64,000 nt of DNA from Pseudomonadota bacterium (GCA_031416315.1 JANOTL010000109.1:101929-165928), one strand, 5' to 3'. Positions 1 to 9,546 are shown, numbered from the stretch's first letter. Numbers and translations: made by a program. The notes: generated by a model from the letters alone, not told the origin.

Positions 1-936
1 GACAGCAGCAGCAAGAGTGGCAACAAGAACAAAAAGACCACCAAGTCGACTGGCGAGGACCCCGGCGACCTGGCCGACGACGAGACGCTTTCCGCCGAGG
101 CCCTCGGCGCCTTGAGCGAGGACGACCTCGAGTCCAAGGACATCGCGCAGCCCGACGCGGGCGCACCCGCCGCGGAGCCGGCCGCGCCGCCGCCGCCGCC
201 GATCAAGTATCCGACTTTCGACTTCAACGGCAAGGGCGCTTGCACGTGCAAGGGCAAGGTGCACACGACCTTCGCCAAGATTGCCTCAGCGATCAACGCC
301 GACTCGCTCAGCATCGACATGTACTTCGCCGACATGCAGCTCTCCGGCAAGGCCAAGGGCCAGGACAAGGCCAGCGCCAAGATCAAGGAGAGCACCGGCG
401 TCACGACCTACACGCGCCTGCCAGTGGCGCAGCTCAAACCGCTGAAAGAAGCCGGCTTCGAGTACGTCGGCTACGCGGTCTTCGCGACCCAGGTGGTGAA
501 GTCCCGCCAAGGCCAGACCTTCATTTTCGACAAGCCCCTGCCGGTCTTTCCGTGGCCGTCTCTCCCGTCGAAGTACGCTGCCCTTCAAGCTGCCGGAAAC
601 TCCAAGTCCTGGACGGCGAACGTCAACCAGGTCGGCGTGCGTCAGTTTCCGGTGACCGTCACCTTTACCTTGCTCGAGGCGGCCGACACGCGCGTCGTCG
701 TCAAGCTGACGGTCGACATCCCGGATACGACCTACGCCATCTACGAGGACTTCCCGATGGCTCGCGAGTCGATCTATACGATCAACCCGAAGGCGCAGAT
801 GATCACCCGCATCGACAACACGAGCCTCTTCTTGGGCAACGAGTGCGACAACCGCCAGGAATCGGTGAAAATGGCCTACCTGGTCTGCAAGCGGAACACC
901 GAAGGCGCGATCGACGACTTCCCCTGCGCGCAGTGA
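1..936 (+). CDS. Hypothetical protein, 5'-truncated by the window edge
   Basis: Frame is open from base 1 (DSSSKSGNKNKK...) through a Pro-rich linker to TGA at 936; GC3-rich codons; no recognised family. Confidence 0.75.
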   Translation, partial: DSSSKSGNKNKKTTKSTGEDPGDLADDETLSAEALGALSEDDLESKDIAQPDAGAPAAEPAAPPPPPIKYPTFDFNGKGACTCKGKVHTTFAKIASAINADSLSIDMYFADMQLSGKAKGQDKASAKIKESTGVTTYTRLPVAQLKPLKEAGFEYVGYAVFATQVVKSRQGQTFIFDKPLPVFPWPSLPSKYAALQAAGNSKSWTANVNQVGVRQFPVTVTFTLLEAADTRVVVKLTVDIPDTTYAIYEDFPMARESIYTINPKAQMITRIDNTSLFLGNECDNRQESVKMAYLVCKRNTEGAIDDFPCAQ

Positions 937-974
937 GCCGCCGCGCTTCGTGAGCGCTGAGGACGCATCCCGGC

Positions 975-980
975 TATAAT
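975..980 (+). promoter_or_regulatory. Perfect sigma70 -10 box, probable leaderless promoter of the MBOAT gene
   Basis: TATAAT ends 6 nt before GTG at 987; no obvious SD. Confidence 0.5.
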
Positions 981-986
981 CGCCGG

Positions 987-2372
987 GTGCAGTTCCACAC
1001 GTTCACCTTCGTCTACTTCTTCCTGATCACGTTCGCGCTCTACCTGAAGTTGGCGCACCGGGCTCAGAATCTCGTGCTTTTAGCCGCGAGCTGGGTGTTC
1101 TATGGCGCTTGGGACGGCCGCTTTCTAGCGCTTCTCATCGCGTCCTCGACCCTGGACTGGGGCTGCGCCTTGGGCATCGACCGGCCAGGCGCGAGCCCGC
1201 GGCGAAAGAAGCTCCTGCTAACGTTGAGCCTCGGGCTCAACCTCTCCGTCCTGGCCGTCTTCAAGTACCTGGCCACGCGCGAGAACCTGGGCTGGGTCCT
1301 GCCGGTCGGCGTCTCCTTCTACACCTTTCAGATCATGGGCTACGTGATCGACGTCTACCGAGGCCGCATCAAGGCGGAGCGCGACTGGCTCGACTACCAG
1401 CTCTTCGTCGCCTTCTTCCCGCAGCTCGTCGCCGGGCCCATCGAGCGGGCGAAGAATCTGCTGACCCAGGTGAAGCTGCCGCGGCAAGTCACCTGGCAGG
1501 GGCTCAGCGAAGGCAGCTGGCTCCTCCTCCTCGGCTTCTTCAAGAAGGTCGTGGTCGCCGACAACCTCGCGCCTTACGTCTTTAAGCTGAAGCCGGCGCT
1601 CCCGATTCTCTCCGGGGGCGAGGCGGCGCTCTACTATTACACGATCGTCTGGTACGTTTACGCCGACTTTTCCGGCTATAGCGACATCGCGCGCGGCGCC
1701 GGCAAGCTGATGGGCTTCGAGCTGATGGCGAACTTCCGCATGCCCTTCTTCGCGAAGAATCCGGCGGATTTTTGGCGGCGCTGGAACATCAGCCTTTCCG
1801 ACTGGTTTCGCGACTACGTGTTCACGCCGATGTCGCGGATGCTGGGCAAGCCGCTGGCGCGAAACCGCTACTACCTCGCCTTTTGCGCCTTCGCGACGCT
1901 GACTCTGTGCGGGCTCTGGCACGGCGCGGCCTGGAACTTCGTCCTCTTCGGGGCGATGCACGGCCTCATCCTCGTCGGCTACTACATGGTGCGCCCCTTT
2001 CTCCGCCGCATGGGCTGGAACCGCGTGACGGCGACGCGACTCGGCGCGCTCGTGTCCGGATTCATCGCCTTCCACTTCTACGCGACGCCTACGCTCCTTT
2101 TCTTCGTCTCGACGCCGCGCGACGCCTTGGCGATCGTCGAGATGGCGATCCGCAACGCCTGGACGAGCGACGCGCTCATGCTCTTTGCGATGATGGGTCT
2201 CGTCGGTCTGCCCATGCTCGCGATCGACTGGTGGCAAAACGAGAAAGACGACCTGATGATCATCAAAACGCTGCCGGTCTGGGGCCGCACGACGATCTAC
2301 GTGCTCTTGTTCGCAATGATCGTGCTTTGTGGTGAAACGGGGACGCATGCCTTCGTCTACTTTCAATTCTAG
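987..2372 (+). CDS. MBOAT family O-acyltransferase (AlgI/DltB-like)
   Basis: LPVGVSFYTFQ, FFPQLVAGPIER, YADFSGYSDIA, DFWRRWNISLS, GLWHGA (catalytic His); multi-TM. Confidence 0.93.
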   Translation: MQFHTFTFVYFFLITFALYLKLAHRAQNLVLLAASWVFYGAWDGRFLALLIASSTLDWGCALGIDRPGASPRRKKLLLTLSLGLNLSVLAVFKYLATRENLGWVLPVGVSFYTFQIMGYVIDVYRGRIKAERDWLDYQLFVAFFPQLVAGPIERAKNLLTQVKLPRQVTWQGLSEGSWLLLLGFFKKVVVADNLAPYVFKLKPALPILSGGEAALYYYTIVWYVYADFSGYSDIARGAGKLMGFELMANFRMPFFAKNPADFWRRWNISLSDWFRDYVFTPMSRMLGKPLARNRYYLAFCAFATLTLCGLWHGAAWNFVLFGAMHGLILVGYYMVRPFLRRMGWNRVTATRLGALVSGFIAFHFYATPTLLFFVSTPRDALAIVEMAIRNAWTSDALMLFAMMGLVGLPMLAIDWWQNEKDDLMIIKTLPVWGRTTIYVLLFAMIVLCGETGTHAFVYFQF

Positions 2373-3306
2373 GCGCGCCCTCGGCGTCCTCGGCCTGATG
2401 CTGGCGACGCTCGTCCTGGGCAACGTCGTCCTCTTCCGCGTTTTTCACGAGGACAACTTCCTCACGATGGCGGCGCGCAACATCGGACCCGACCGAAGCC
2501 TGGTCTTTTTCGGCTCCTCGCGCCTGCTCTACGGCATCGATCCCGCACAGTACCCGTGGCCCAACGTATCGATCGCTGCGAACTATATGGACCTGATGAG
2601 CGCGCACGAGCTCTATGAGGTGCATGCCGACCGGCTCGGCGGCATGAAGCTCGCCGTGATCGAGCTCGACGTCGCGACGCTGACGTACGACACGGCAGCG
2701 ATGAACCCGTACGGCCTCCTAGACCTAGGGCAGCGCAAGGTCGCGCCGCTCGGGGCATGGGTCCGGCACTTCGACGCCTCGCTGCACCGCGTCCTCGCGC
2801 CGATCTTCAACTGGCGGCTGACACCGAGCTTCGTCGAGAGCCACCGGGGGCGGACCATCGCCGAGAAGGAGCCGCTCGACGCCGCCCCGGGCTTCATCCC
2901 CTCCACCGTGACCATGGCTTACCCGGAGTTTCACGCCGAGTCCGACGTCCAGACGACCAAGGAGGAGATGGCGGCGGCGGGGGAGGCGGTGCAGCGGCGG
3001 AATCTCGACGCGGCCGTCGCCTTGGTCACGGGGCTCAGGGCGCGCGGGGTGCGGGTCATATTACTGCGCTTCCCCTTGGAGCCGGCGCTGCGCAAGCTCT
3101 ACCCGCCCGAATGGCACGAGCTGGTGCGGGGCAGGCTCTTGGAGCTCGGCCGCCGCGTCGGCGGCGCTGAGCCCGACTTCTGGGACTACTCGGGCGACGA
3201 GGCCTTCCTCCCCGAGGAATTCCGGGACTCCGACCACTTGAACAAGCGCGGCGCCGCCCGCCTCGCCGCGGTACTCACACCGCGGCTCCAAGCCCTGTTA
3301 AAATGA
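2347..3306 (+). CDS. SGNH-like periplasmic partner of the MBOAT (AlgJ/DltD/DUF1574-like)
   Basis: N-terminal TM, FGSSR block, C-terminal FRDSDHLN (DxxH); overlaps MBOAT end. Confidence 0.75.
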   Translation: MPSSTFNSRRALGVLGLMLATLVLGNVVLFRVFHEDNFLTMAARNIGPDRSLVFFGSSRLLYGIDPAQYPWPNVSIAANYMDLMSAHELYEVHADRLGGMKLAVIELDVATLTYDTAAMNPYGLLDLGQRKVAPLGAWVRHFDASLHRVLAPIFNWRLTPSFVESHRGRTIAEKEPLDAAPGFIPSTVTMAYPEFHAESDVQTTKEEMAAAGEAVQRRNLDAAVALVTGLRARGVRVILLRFPLEPALRKLYPPEWHELVRGRLLELGRRVGGAEPDFWDYSGDEAFLPEEFRDSDHLNKRGAARLAAVLTPRLQALLK

Positions 3307-3346
3307 ACGGACTCCCGTCGTCAACGCCCCGGTCCGAGGTCAGTGG

Positions 3347-4606
3347 ATGAGCGCCCCCTCCGCCCTATCGCAAGGCTTTCTCGCTTTCGCCATGCGTTAC
3401 GCGGGGCGCAGCCTCTGGCGCAACAAGCGCCGCACCGTGCTCACGATCGGCACGGTGACGCTCTCCAGCTTCGTTTCGCTGGTGGCGACGCGTTATTCGA
3501 CCGCAGTCTTGAAGATTTGGCAGGACGGCGCCATCGACCACGGCGCCGGTCACGCCCAGTTTCACCAGAAAGACTACTTCGACAGCCCCGACATCATCTC
3601 GGAGAAGATCACGTTCGCCGAGAACGACCCCGTCCACGCCGCGCTCGCTTTGGACCCGGCCGTCGAGGCCGTGAGCCGGCGTCTCGTGTTCGAGGGCATC
3701 ATCTCTTCCGAGCGCAAGACGGTGTACTTCATCGGCCGCGCCATCGAGGCCGAAAGCGAGCTCAAGGTCTCGCCCGGGATCTTCCATCCGAAGGAGGACG
3801 AGGGCAGCTTCGTCACCTCCAGCATCGCGAACGGCGTCGTGCTCGGGCGCGGTCTGGCCGAGACCTTGGAGCTCAAGGTCGGCGACGACGCGGTGCTGAA
3901 GACCAGCACGCTCTCGGGCGCGGTCAACGGCGTCGACGTGAAGGTGATCGGCATCGTCAACCCGCCGTTACCAGCCTTGTCGAAGCGCCTCGTCTACATG
4001 CCGCTCGAGCAGGGGCAGAAGTCGATCAAGATCCCGGGCCGGATCACCGAGCTCGTCGTGCGTCTTAAGCCCGGATCCGACGCGGAAAAGTGGGTCGCGA
4101 GCTGGGAAGGGAAGGCGCCCCTCCTGGACCTCCGCGGCTGGTGGAAGATCGACCCGATGATCCGCGAGGTCGAGCGCATCTGGGATTCGGTCGTCGGCGT
4201 GATCTCGGTCCTCCTCTTCGTCGCGGCCGGCATCTCGGTCCTCAACATCGTCTTCATGCTGGTGATGGAGCGCACGGTCGAGATCGGCACGCTCATGGCG
4301 ATCGGCGCTCGTCCTCGCGACATCCGCACGCTCTTTACGCTGGAAGCGGCGCTCATCGGCGCGATCGGGGGCGTCCTCGGCGCCGTGCTGGGGAACATCG
4401 CGCTGGTGGCGATGGACATCAGCGGCGTACCCTTCGACTCTCCGTTCAGCAGCGGGCGCATCTTCGTCCACCCGAAGGTGAGCCTTCTGGTCAGCGTCCT
4501 GGTCTTCTTCGCCGCCGTTTTGATCTGCTACGTGTCGGCCTTGGCGCCCTCGCGCAAGGCCTCGCACGTGGAGCCGGTCGTCGCTTTCAAGGGGCAAGTC
4601 ACATGA
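3347..4606 (+). CDS. ABC transporter permease, LolE/FtsX/MacB family
   Basis: RSLWRNKRRTVLT, large periplasmic loop, ERTVEIGTLMAIGA, 4 TMs. Confidence 0.92.
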   Translation: MSAPSALSQGFLAFAMRYAGRSLWRNKRRTVLTIGTVTLSSFVSLVATRYSTAVLKIWQDGAIDHGAGHAQFHQKDYFDSPDIISEKITFAENDPVHAALALDPAVEAVSRRLVFEGIISSERKTVYFIGRAIEAESELKVSPGIFHPKEDEGSFVTSSIANGVVLGRGLAETLELKVGDDAVLKTSTLSGAVNGVDVKVIGIVNPPLPALSKRLVYMPLEQGQKSIKIPGRITELVVRLKPGSDAEKWVASWEGKAPLLDLRGWWKIDPMIREVERIWDSVVGVISVLLFVAAGISVLNIVFMLVMERTVEIGTLMAIGARPRDIRTLFTLEAALIGAIGGVLGAVLGNIALVAMDISGVPFDSPFSSGRIFVHPKVSLLVSVLVFFAAVLICYVSALAPSRKASHVEPVVAFKGQVT

Positions 4607-5361
4607 TGCGGTCCGTCGTTCTCGGTTTGGCACTGACCTTCGCGCCCGCGGCCCTGGCCGCAGGCGGCAAATGGACGAAAGAAGAGGCGAAAAAAGTCCT
4701 GAAGACGGCGGAGGAGATCCGCTCGCTCGACAAAGCCGAGATCGCGGTCGACCTGCAGACGGTGCAGGATAAACGGGAAACCGTTTATGACCTGAAGATC
4801 GTCCGCTCGTCCGAGCGGCGCGCCTACATCGACTTCCTCGGGCCTAAGGAGGAAAGGGGCCGGAAGATGCTCGCGAAGGGCATGAGCTACTGGTCCACCT
4901 TCCCCGACTCGAAGCGCGTCGTCGCGATCTCGCGGCGCGAGATGATCGGCAACAGCGCCTTCGCGCTCGCCGACATCTTCCAGATGGACGCCGACGAGGA
5001 CTACGACCCGACGATCACGGGCGAGGAAGAGGTCGACGACGGGGCCGGGAAGAAGGTGAAGACCCTGAAGCTCGACATGAAGGGGAAGCACGACGACGCG
5101 CCCTATGCGCGGATCGAGTACTGGGTGGAGAGCACGGGGTTTTTCCCGGTGCGCGCCCGGTTTTACGGCTCGTCCGGGAAGCATCTGAAGACGATGACGG
5201 TCGAGACGCGCAAGGACATCGCGGGGCGGGACCGGCCGGAGATCACCAAGATGGTGGACGAGGTGACGAAGGGTCACGTCTCGTGGTGGAAGACGAAGTC
5301 GATGGTGGCGGCGGAGCCGCCGGATGCGATGTTCTCGAAGGATTATTTGAAGGGGCGGTAG
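4603..5361 (+). CDS. Outer-membrane lipoprotein-sorting protein (LolA-like)
   Basis: Signal peptide; FLGPKEERGRKML, PYARIEYWV, FYGSSGKHLKTM; ATGA-coupled to the permease. Confidence 0.8.
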   Translation: MMRSVVLGLALTFAPAALAAGGKWTKEEAKKVLKTAEEIRSLDKAEIAVDLQTVQDKRETVYDLKIVRSSERRAYIDFLGPKEERGRKMLAKGMSYWSTFPDSKRVVAISRREMIGNSAFALADIFQMDADEDYDPTITGEEEVDDGAGKKVKTLKLDMKGKHDDAPYARIEYWVESTGFFPVRARFYGSSGKHLKTMTVETRKDIAGRDRPEITKMVDEVTKGHVSWWKTKSMVAAEPPDAMFSKDYLKGR

Positions 5362-5427
5362 CGGGAGCCGGGATTTGCGGGGCGATTGCGACGCGTCTTT
5401 TGGCTAAAGGAGCCAGGCCAACCAACC

Positions 5428-6291
5428 TCAACGCGACTTCTTGCCCGCACCAGCCGACCCCGACCCCGACCCACTTCCTGCTCCTGCCGCACTCGCCACC
5501 GGCTTCATCTTCAGCCGCACCACGATCCTCCGATTCATCGCCTGATTGCTCAAGATCGCAAACCCACGATCGTCCCGGTCCGGCACCAAGGGCTGAAAGT
5601 GCGCCAACCCCGCCGCCCGCATCCGGTGCGGGTCGATCCCCATCTTCGCCAAGACGCGCACGACGCTCGTCGCACGCTCCGACGACAGCTCCCAGTTGTC
5701 GAAGAACTTGGAGTTCTTGATCGGGTCGGAGTCGGTGTGGCCCTCGACCTCGAGCAGCGCGTCGCCCGGCATCGTCTGCAGCTGCCGTGCGACCGCCTCG
5801 ATCGCCGCCATGCCGTCGGCGGTAAGCTTAGCCAGACCGGGGACGAACATGTTGCTCGTGAGCATGACGATCTCGATCGTGTTCGGCTCGGTCTGGCCGA
5901 GGGCGAAGACGGCATCCAGATTCAGGGACGAGGTCGGGTCCTGCGGCGTCGGGGCGCGGTTCTCGTCGGCATCGAGCGCGGCTTTGTCGGCCGTCGTGTT
6001 CGAGCCGACTAGCATCTTCAGCCGCGCCAGCACCTTCTGCGGCTCGTCGTACTTGCCGGTCGACTTCTCGACCTGAAAGAAGAGGATGAAAAAGCACATG
6101 AGCAAGGTGACCATGTCGGCATAGCTGAGGAGCCAGGGCTCGCCGCCCTCTTCTTCCTCGTGATGTCCGCCGGCATGATGGTGACCGCCGCCGTGACCCT
6201 TCGCATGCGCGGCGTCATGACCGTCTTCGGCCTCGCCATCGAAGCTCATGCCCTTGGCGCTCAGCTTCTGGGCGTGGCCGTCACGCTGCAT
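5428..6291 (-). CDS. motB: MotB/PomB-like stator subunit with OmpA-like peptidoglycan-binding domain
   Basis: WLLSYADMVTLLMCFFILFF with the conserved Asp; EVEGHTD, NWELSSERA, NRR. Confidence 0.9.
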   Translation of the reverse strand: MQRDGHAQKLSAKGMSFDGEAEDGHDAAHAKGHGGGHHHAGGHHEEEEGGEPWLLSYADMVTLLMCFFILFFQVEKSTGKYDEPQKVLARLKMLVGSNTTADKAALDADENRAPTPQDPTSSLNLDAVFALGQTEPNTIEIVMLTSNMFVPGLAKLTADGMAAIEAVARQLQTMPGDALLEVEGHTDSDPIKNSKFFDNWELSSERATSVVRVLAKMGIDPHRMRAAGLAHFQPLVPDRDDRGFAILSNQAMNRRIVVRLKMKPVASAAGAGSGSGSGSAGAGKKSR

Positions 6292-7105
6292 TGCCCTTCA
6301 CCTCGCCGCCGCCGCCGCCGGCTCCGCCGGCTCCGCCGGTGACCTTGCCGCGCGCGCTCGGCGGAATGTGACTCAAGAGCATCTCGCGCACCAGGATTCC
6401 TGGCGTCTTGCGCTTGATCAGGAGGATGCCCTCGACGATCATGAGGCGCTTTGCGGCCGTCTTCTGCGTGCGGAACATCAGGTTGTCGGCTACGGGCAGG
6501 ATGAGGACGTTGGCGGTGATGACGCCGTAGAGCGTCGCCGCGAGGGCGACCGACATCGCGGGGCCGATCTTCTCGCCGGCGCCTTCCTGGCCGAGCGTCG
6601 ACAAGAGCGCGATCATGCCCATGACCGTGCCCATGAGGCCGGCGGCGGGCGGGTACTTGCCCAGGTTCTTGAACATTTTCATCTGATTGCCTTCGCGCTC
6701 TTTCTGCACTTCGATGCGGCGGCGAAGGATCGTCTCGATGGCGTCGGCCTCGAAGCCGCCGACGAGGAGGTCTATGGCGTCCTTTAGAAAGAGGTCGGTG
6801 ACCTTGCTCTTGAAGGCGGTGAGGCCTTGCATGTCGATCCGGGCCTGCTCGGCCATCTGCACGAGCTGCTCGACGATCTCTACGGAGTCGTCCTTCATCT
6901 TTTTCGTGATGACCCGGACCATCGGGAAGAAGGACTTCAGCTCGGTCGAGGGCACGGAGATGATGGCGATCGCGGCGGTGCCGATGAAGACGCAGAAGCC
7001 CCCGTGCGCGTCGAGAAAGCGCATCGGCTTGTCGGGGTCCGTCCAGACCGCCATGCCGACCATGAAAATAAGGGCTATGATGAACCCTATGCCGTTTGAG
7101 CTCAT
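6281..7105 (-). CDS. motA: MotA/PomA-like stator subunit
   Basis: YPPAAGLMGTVMGMI, IGPAMSVALAATLYG, FLKDAIDLLVGG, IVEGILLI; overlaps motB. Confidence 0.9.
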   Translation of the reverse strand: MSSNGIGFIIALIFMVGMAVWTDPDKPMRFLDAHGGFCVFIGTAAIAIISVPSTELKSFFPMVRVITKKMKDDSVEIVEQLVQMAEQARIDMQGLTAFKSKVTDLFLKDAIDLLVGGFEADAIETILRRRIEVQKEREGNQMKMFKNLGKYPPAAGLMGTVMGMIALLSTLGQEGAGEKIGPAMSVALAATLYGVITANVLILPVADNLMFRTQKTAAKRLMIVEGILLIKRKTPGILVREMLLSHIPPSARGKVTGGAGGAGGGGGEVKGNAA

Positions 7106-7326
7106 TTACGTTCGTCTTCGTCTTTGGGTTTCGGGAGCGCGCGCGCGGCGGCTTTGAGGGCGCCGCCGAGGCCGCCTAGGCCGAAGGCCTCCTTGCCGTC
7201 GCTCAGGAGATCGAGGCGGAGCTTGCAGGTCTCGACGAAGCGCAGGAACTCGCGCCGAACCTCCTGCTCGAGGCTCGCTTTGAGCTCCTCGGCCTGCTTC
7301 ACGAAATTGGGGGGGCTCTGGTTCAT
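7102..7326 (-). CDS. Small helical hypothetical protein (74 aa)
   Basis: Fills the gap between the FliG-like gene and motA; 4-bp overlap with the motA start. Confidence 0.65.
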   Translation of the reverse strand: MNQSPPNFVKQAEELKASLEQEVRREFLRFVETCKLRLDLLSDGKEAFGLGGLGGALKAAARALPKPKDEDERK

Positions 7327-7338
7327 GCGGTGCTCGGG

Positions 7339-9546
7339 TTAGGCGACGGCGCGCGGAGTTTTCGGCGTGTCGTCGAGGAGACCCTCGTCTTTGAGACGAA
7401 GAAGGTAGGTCGAGATTTGGCGTTGGAGCGCGAGCGACTGCTTCTCGTTCCGCTTCTTGTAGAAGGTCTTGGCGTCGAGGAGCTTGAGCTCGTCCACGAC
7501 GGTCGCGGCTTTGACCTCGGGCAGGGCCTTGATCACCGCTTGGCGCACGGGCTCTGCGGCGGCGAAGATCAGCATGGCGATCTGCTCGTTGGCGCGCTCG
7601 CCGAAGATCTCCATGAGCATCTCCTTCGGCAGGTTCTGGACCGCGTCGAAGGCGACGTAGTGCTTGGCGAAGTCTTTGCGCACGTCGTCTTTGCGCCCGA
7701 TCTCGTCGAGGAGAAGCTTCTGGTCCTCGTCGCCGAGGGACTCGGCGAGACGGCCGAGATAGCGCGCGCCGTCGACGAGGCCGCCAGTCTCCTTGGTCGC
7801 CTCCGCCTTGGCCTTGAGCTTCGGCAGCTCCGCGAAGAGCTTCTCGAGATCCGCAGGCGTCGCGGCGCCGAGCTCGACCACCGCGGTCATGAGCGCCTTC
7901 TTCATGGTCTCGTCGCCCGAGGCCTCGACCATCTTCTTCACGCGCACGGGCGAGAAGCAGGCGAGAAACGCAGGACGCAAGGGCTTAGCGAGCTCGCTGG
8001 TGATGCGGGCCAGCTCGGCGTTGCCGAGGCGCGCGAGCCAGGCGACGTCGGTGAGCTTTAGGATCGGCGAGCCGCCGAACTCCTCGACCGCGATGCGGCC
8101 GTAGAACTCCTGGAGCGCCGCGTTGCGCGAAGCCTTCGCTTCTTGAATGGCGCCCGGACGCGCCAGGTGGCGCTTCAGCCGCTCCATGTGCGCAGCGGTC
8201 AGACCTTTTACGAGCTCGGCCGTGGCTTCTCGGGAAAGCGCCAATAGCAGCGCCGAAGCTAGAGGCAAGGACTGATCGGAGTCGACCAGGTCCTGCATTT
8301 CCCGATACAGAGCAAAGCTCCGCTCTTTCGCCAGAATCTCGATCTTGTCCTGCACGGCGACGAGAAATTCCTCGAGGCGCGCGCGCTCGCCTTCATCCGT
8401 TGGCATCGAGTTGCCCGCGGCTCCGCCGGCTCCGTGCCCTTGCCCTTGCCCGGCCTCGCCCTTGGACTCCTCGTCCCGGTGCCCTTCCGCCGCCGCCTTC
8501 AGCCTGTCCGCCCTCGCCGCTTTTTCCATTTCACGCTGCGCCTCGACGTGCGCGGTCGCAGCCTCTTTCATGCCGCTACCGATGCTGGCGAAGCCGCCGG
8601 CCAAGGCCGTCATGCCCTTTTTGAACGCGCCCGAGCCCATGACCAAGCCGAGGATCACGGCGACCGCGAGAATGATGCCGAAGAGGAGGACTTGGATCTT
8701 GGCGAGGCCGCCCAGGGCGCCCCCGTCGTCCTTCGCCGCCCCGGCGCCGGCTTCGGTCGCGGCCGACGCGGAGCCCGAGCCTGAGCCGCTCTCGGCCCTC
8801 TTCCTTTCTTCCGCTACGGCGGCCTCGACGGCCAGAAGTTTCGTCTCGAGCTCGCGCACCTTGGCTTCGCGCGTCGATAGCTCACGGGTCTGCTCGAGGC
8901 GGTTGCGCTGGATCTCGAGGTCCCTTTTGGCGACCTCGAGCTTCATCCGCTCTGACTCGAGGTCGAACTTCGCCTTGTCGCTGCTTGCGCCGTTCAAGGC
9001 CGCGGCCTGCGCGCGCTGCGCCTCGCTGCGAAGCTGGTCGGGGATCGACTCGGTGACCAAAGTCTCCGTGCGGACCGTCAGGGTGCGCGAGGCGCCGTCG
9101 ACGGCGAGCTTCTTGCCGACGGCCTGCTCGAGGATCTTGCGCTTCGCCTCAGGGATCCTCCGGTCGAAGGTGATCTCGGCGCGGATGGCCTTGATCTTGC
9201 GGCGGACGACGCCCGCGGAGCCCTCGGCCATGCTCGAAAGCTTTGCCGGGTCGACCTTCAGCGTCAGGTAGGGAAGGCTCGCGGAGCCGCCGCCCGCGCT
9301 CTCGCCGGCTGCGACGGTGCCTTCGTCGAGCTCGACGTCGGCGACGACGAAAAACTCCTCGGGCGCCAACTGGCCGCGCAGGAGCGTCGTGATCTCGCTC
9401 TCGATCTGCCTTTGTCCGGCGAGCCGCTCGGCCGGATCCACGTCCGCACGCGCCGCGCTCGTCGCGAGGAGCGCGACGATGACGGCGATCGCTGCGAGGC
9501 GCAGCGCAACCAACGGCGACGTTGGCGTGGAGTATGGGAAGCGCAA
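7339..9546 (-). CDS. Membrane-anchored FliF-like/FliG fusion protein (signal peptide, ring-like domain, coiled coil, TM, FliG M and C domains)
   Basis: TTG at 9546 after GGAG (start uncertain); signal ...ATSAARA; TM IQVLLFGIILAVAVILGLVMG; C-terminus GG...HYVAFDAV...KAATVVDEL...LQRQISTYLLRLKDEG resembles FliG-C. Confidence 0.8.
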   Translation of the reverse strand: MRFPYSTPTSPLVALRLAAIAVIVALLATSAARADVDPAERLAGQRQIESEITTLLRGQLAPEEFFVVADVELDEGTVAAGESAGGGSASLPYLTLKVDPAKLSSMAEGSAGVVRRKIKAIRAEITFDRRIPEAKRKILEQAVGKKLAVDGASRTLTVRTETLVTESIPDQLRSEAQRAQAAALNGASSDKAKFDLESERMKLEVAKRDLEIQRNRLEQTRELSTREAKVRELETKLLAVEAAVAEERKRAESGSGSGSASAATEAGAGAAKDDGGALGGLAKIQVLLFGIILAVAVILGLVMGSGAFKKGMTALAGGFASIGSGMKEAATAHVEAQREMEKAARADRLKAAAEGHRDEESKGEAGQGQGHGAGGAAGNSMPTDEGERARLEEFLVAVQDKIEILAKERSFALYREMQDLVDSDQSLPLASALLLALSREATAELVKGLTAAHMERLKRHLARPGAIQEAKASRNAALQEFYGRIAVEEFGGSPILKLTDVAWLARLGNAELARITSELAKPLRPAFLACFSPVRVKKMVEASGDETMKKALMTAVVELGAATPADLEKLFAELPKLKAKAEATKETGGLVDGARYLGRLAESLGDEDQKLLLDEIGRKDDVRKDFAKHYVAFDAVQNLPKEMLMEIFGERANEQIAMLIFAAAEPVRQAVIKALPEVKAATVVDELKLLDAKTFYKKRNEKQSLALQRQISTYLLRLKDEGLLDDTPKTPRAVA

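Noticed and set aside
5428..7105. Zorya (ZorAB) anti-phage system
   Set aside because: MotA lacks the long cytoplasmic ZorA tail, no ZorC/D/E-like helicase or nuclease is adjacent, and the partner is FliG-like
5428..7105. ExbBD/TolQR or AglRQS motor
   Set aside because: The B subunit has a MotB TM motif and an OmpA-like PG-binding domain, not an ExbD/TolR fold
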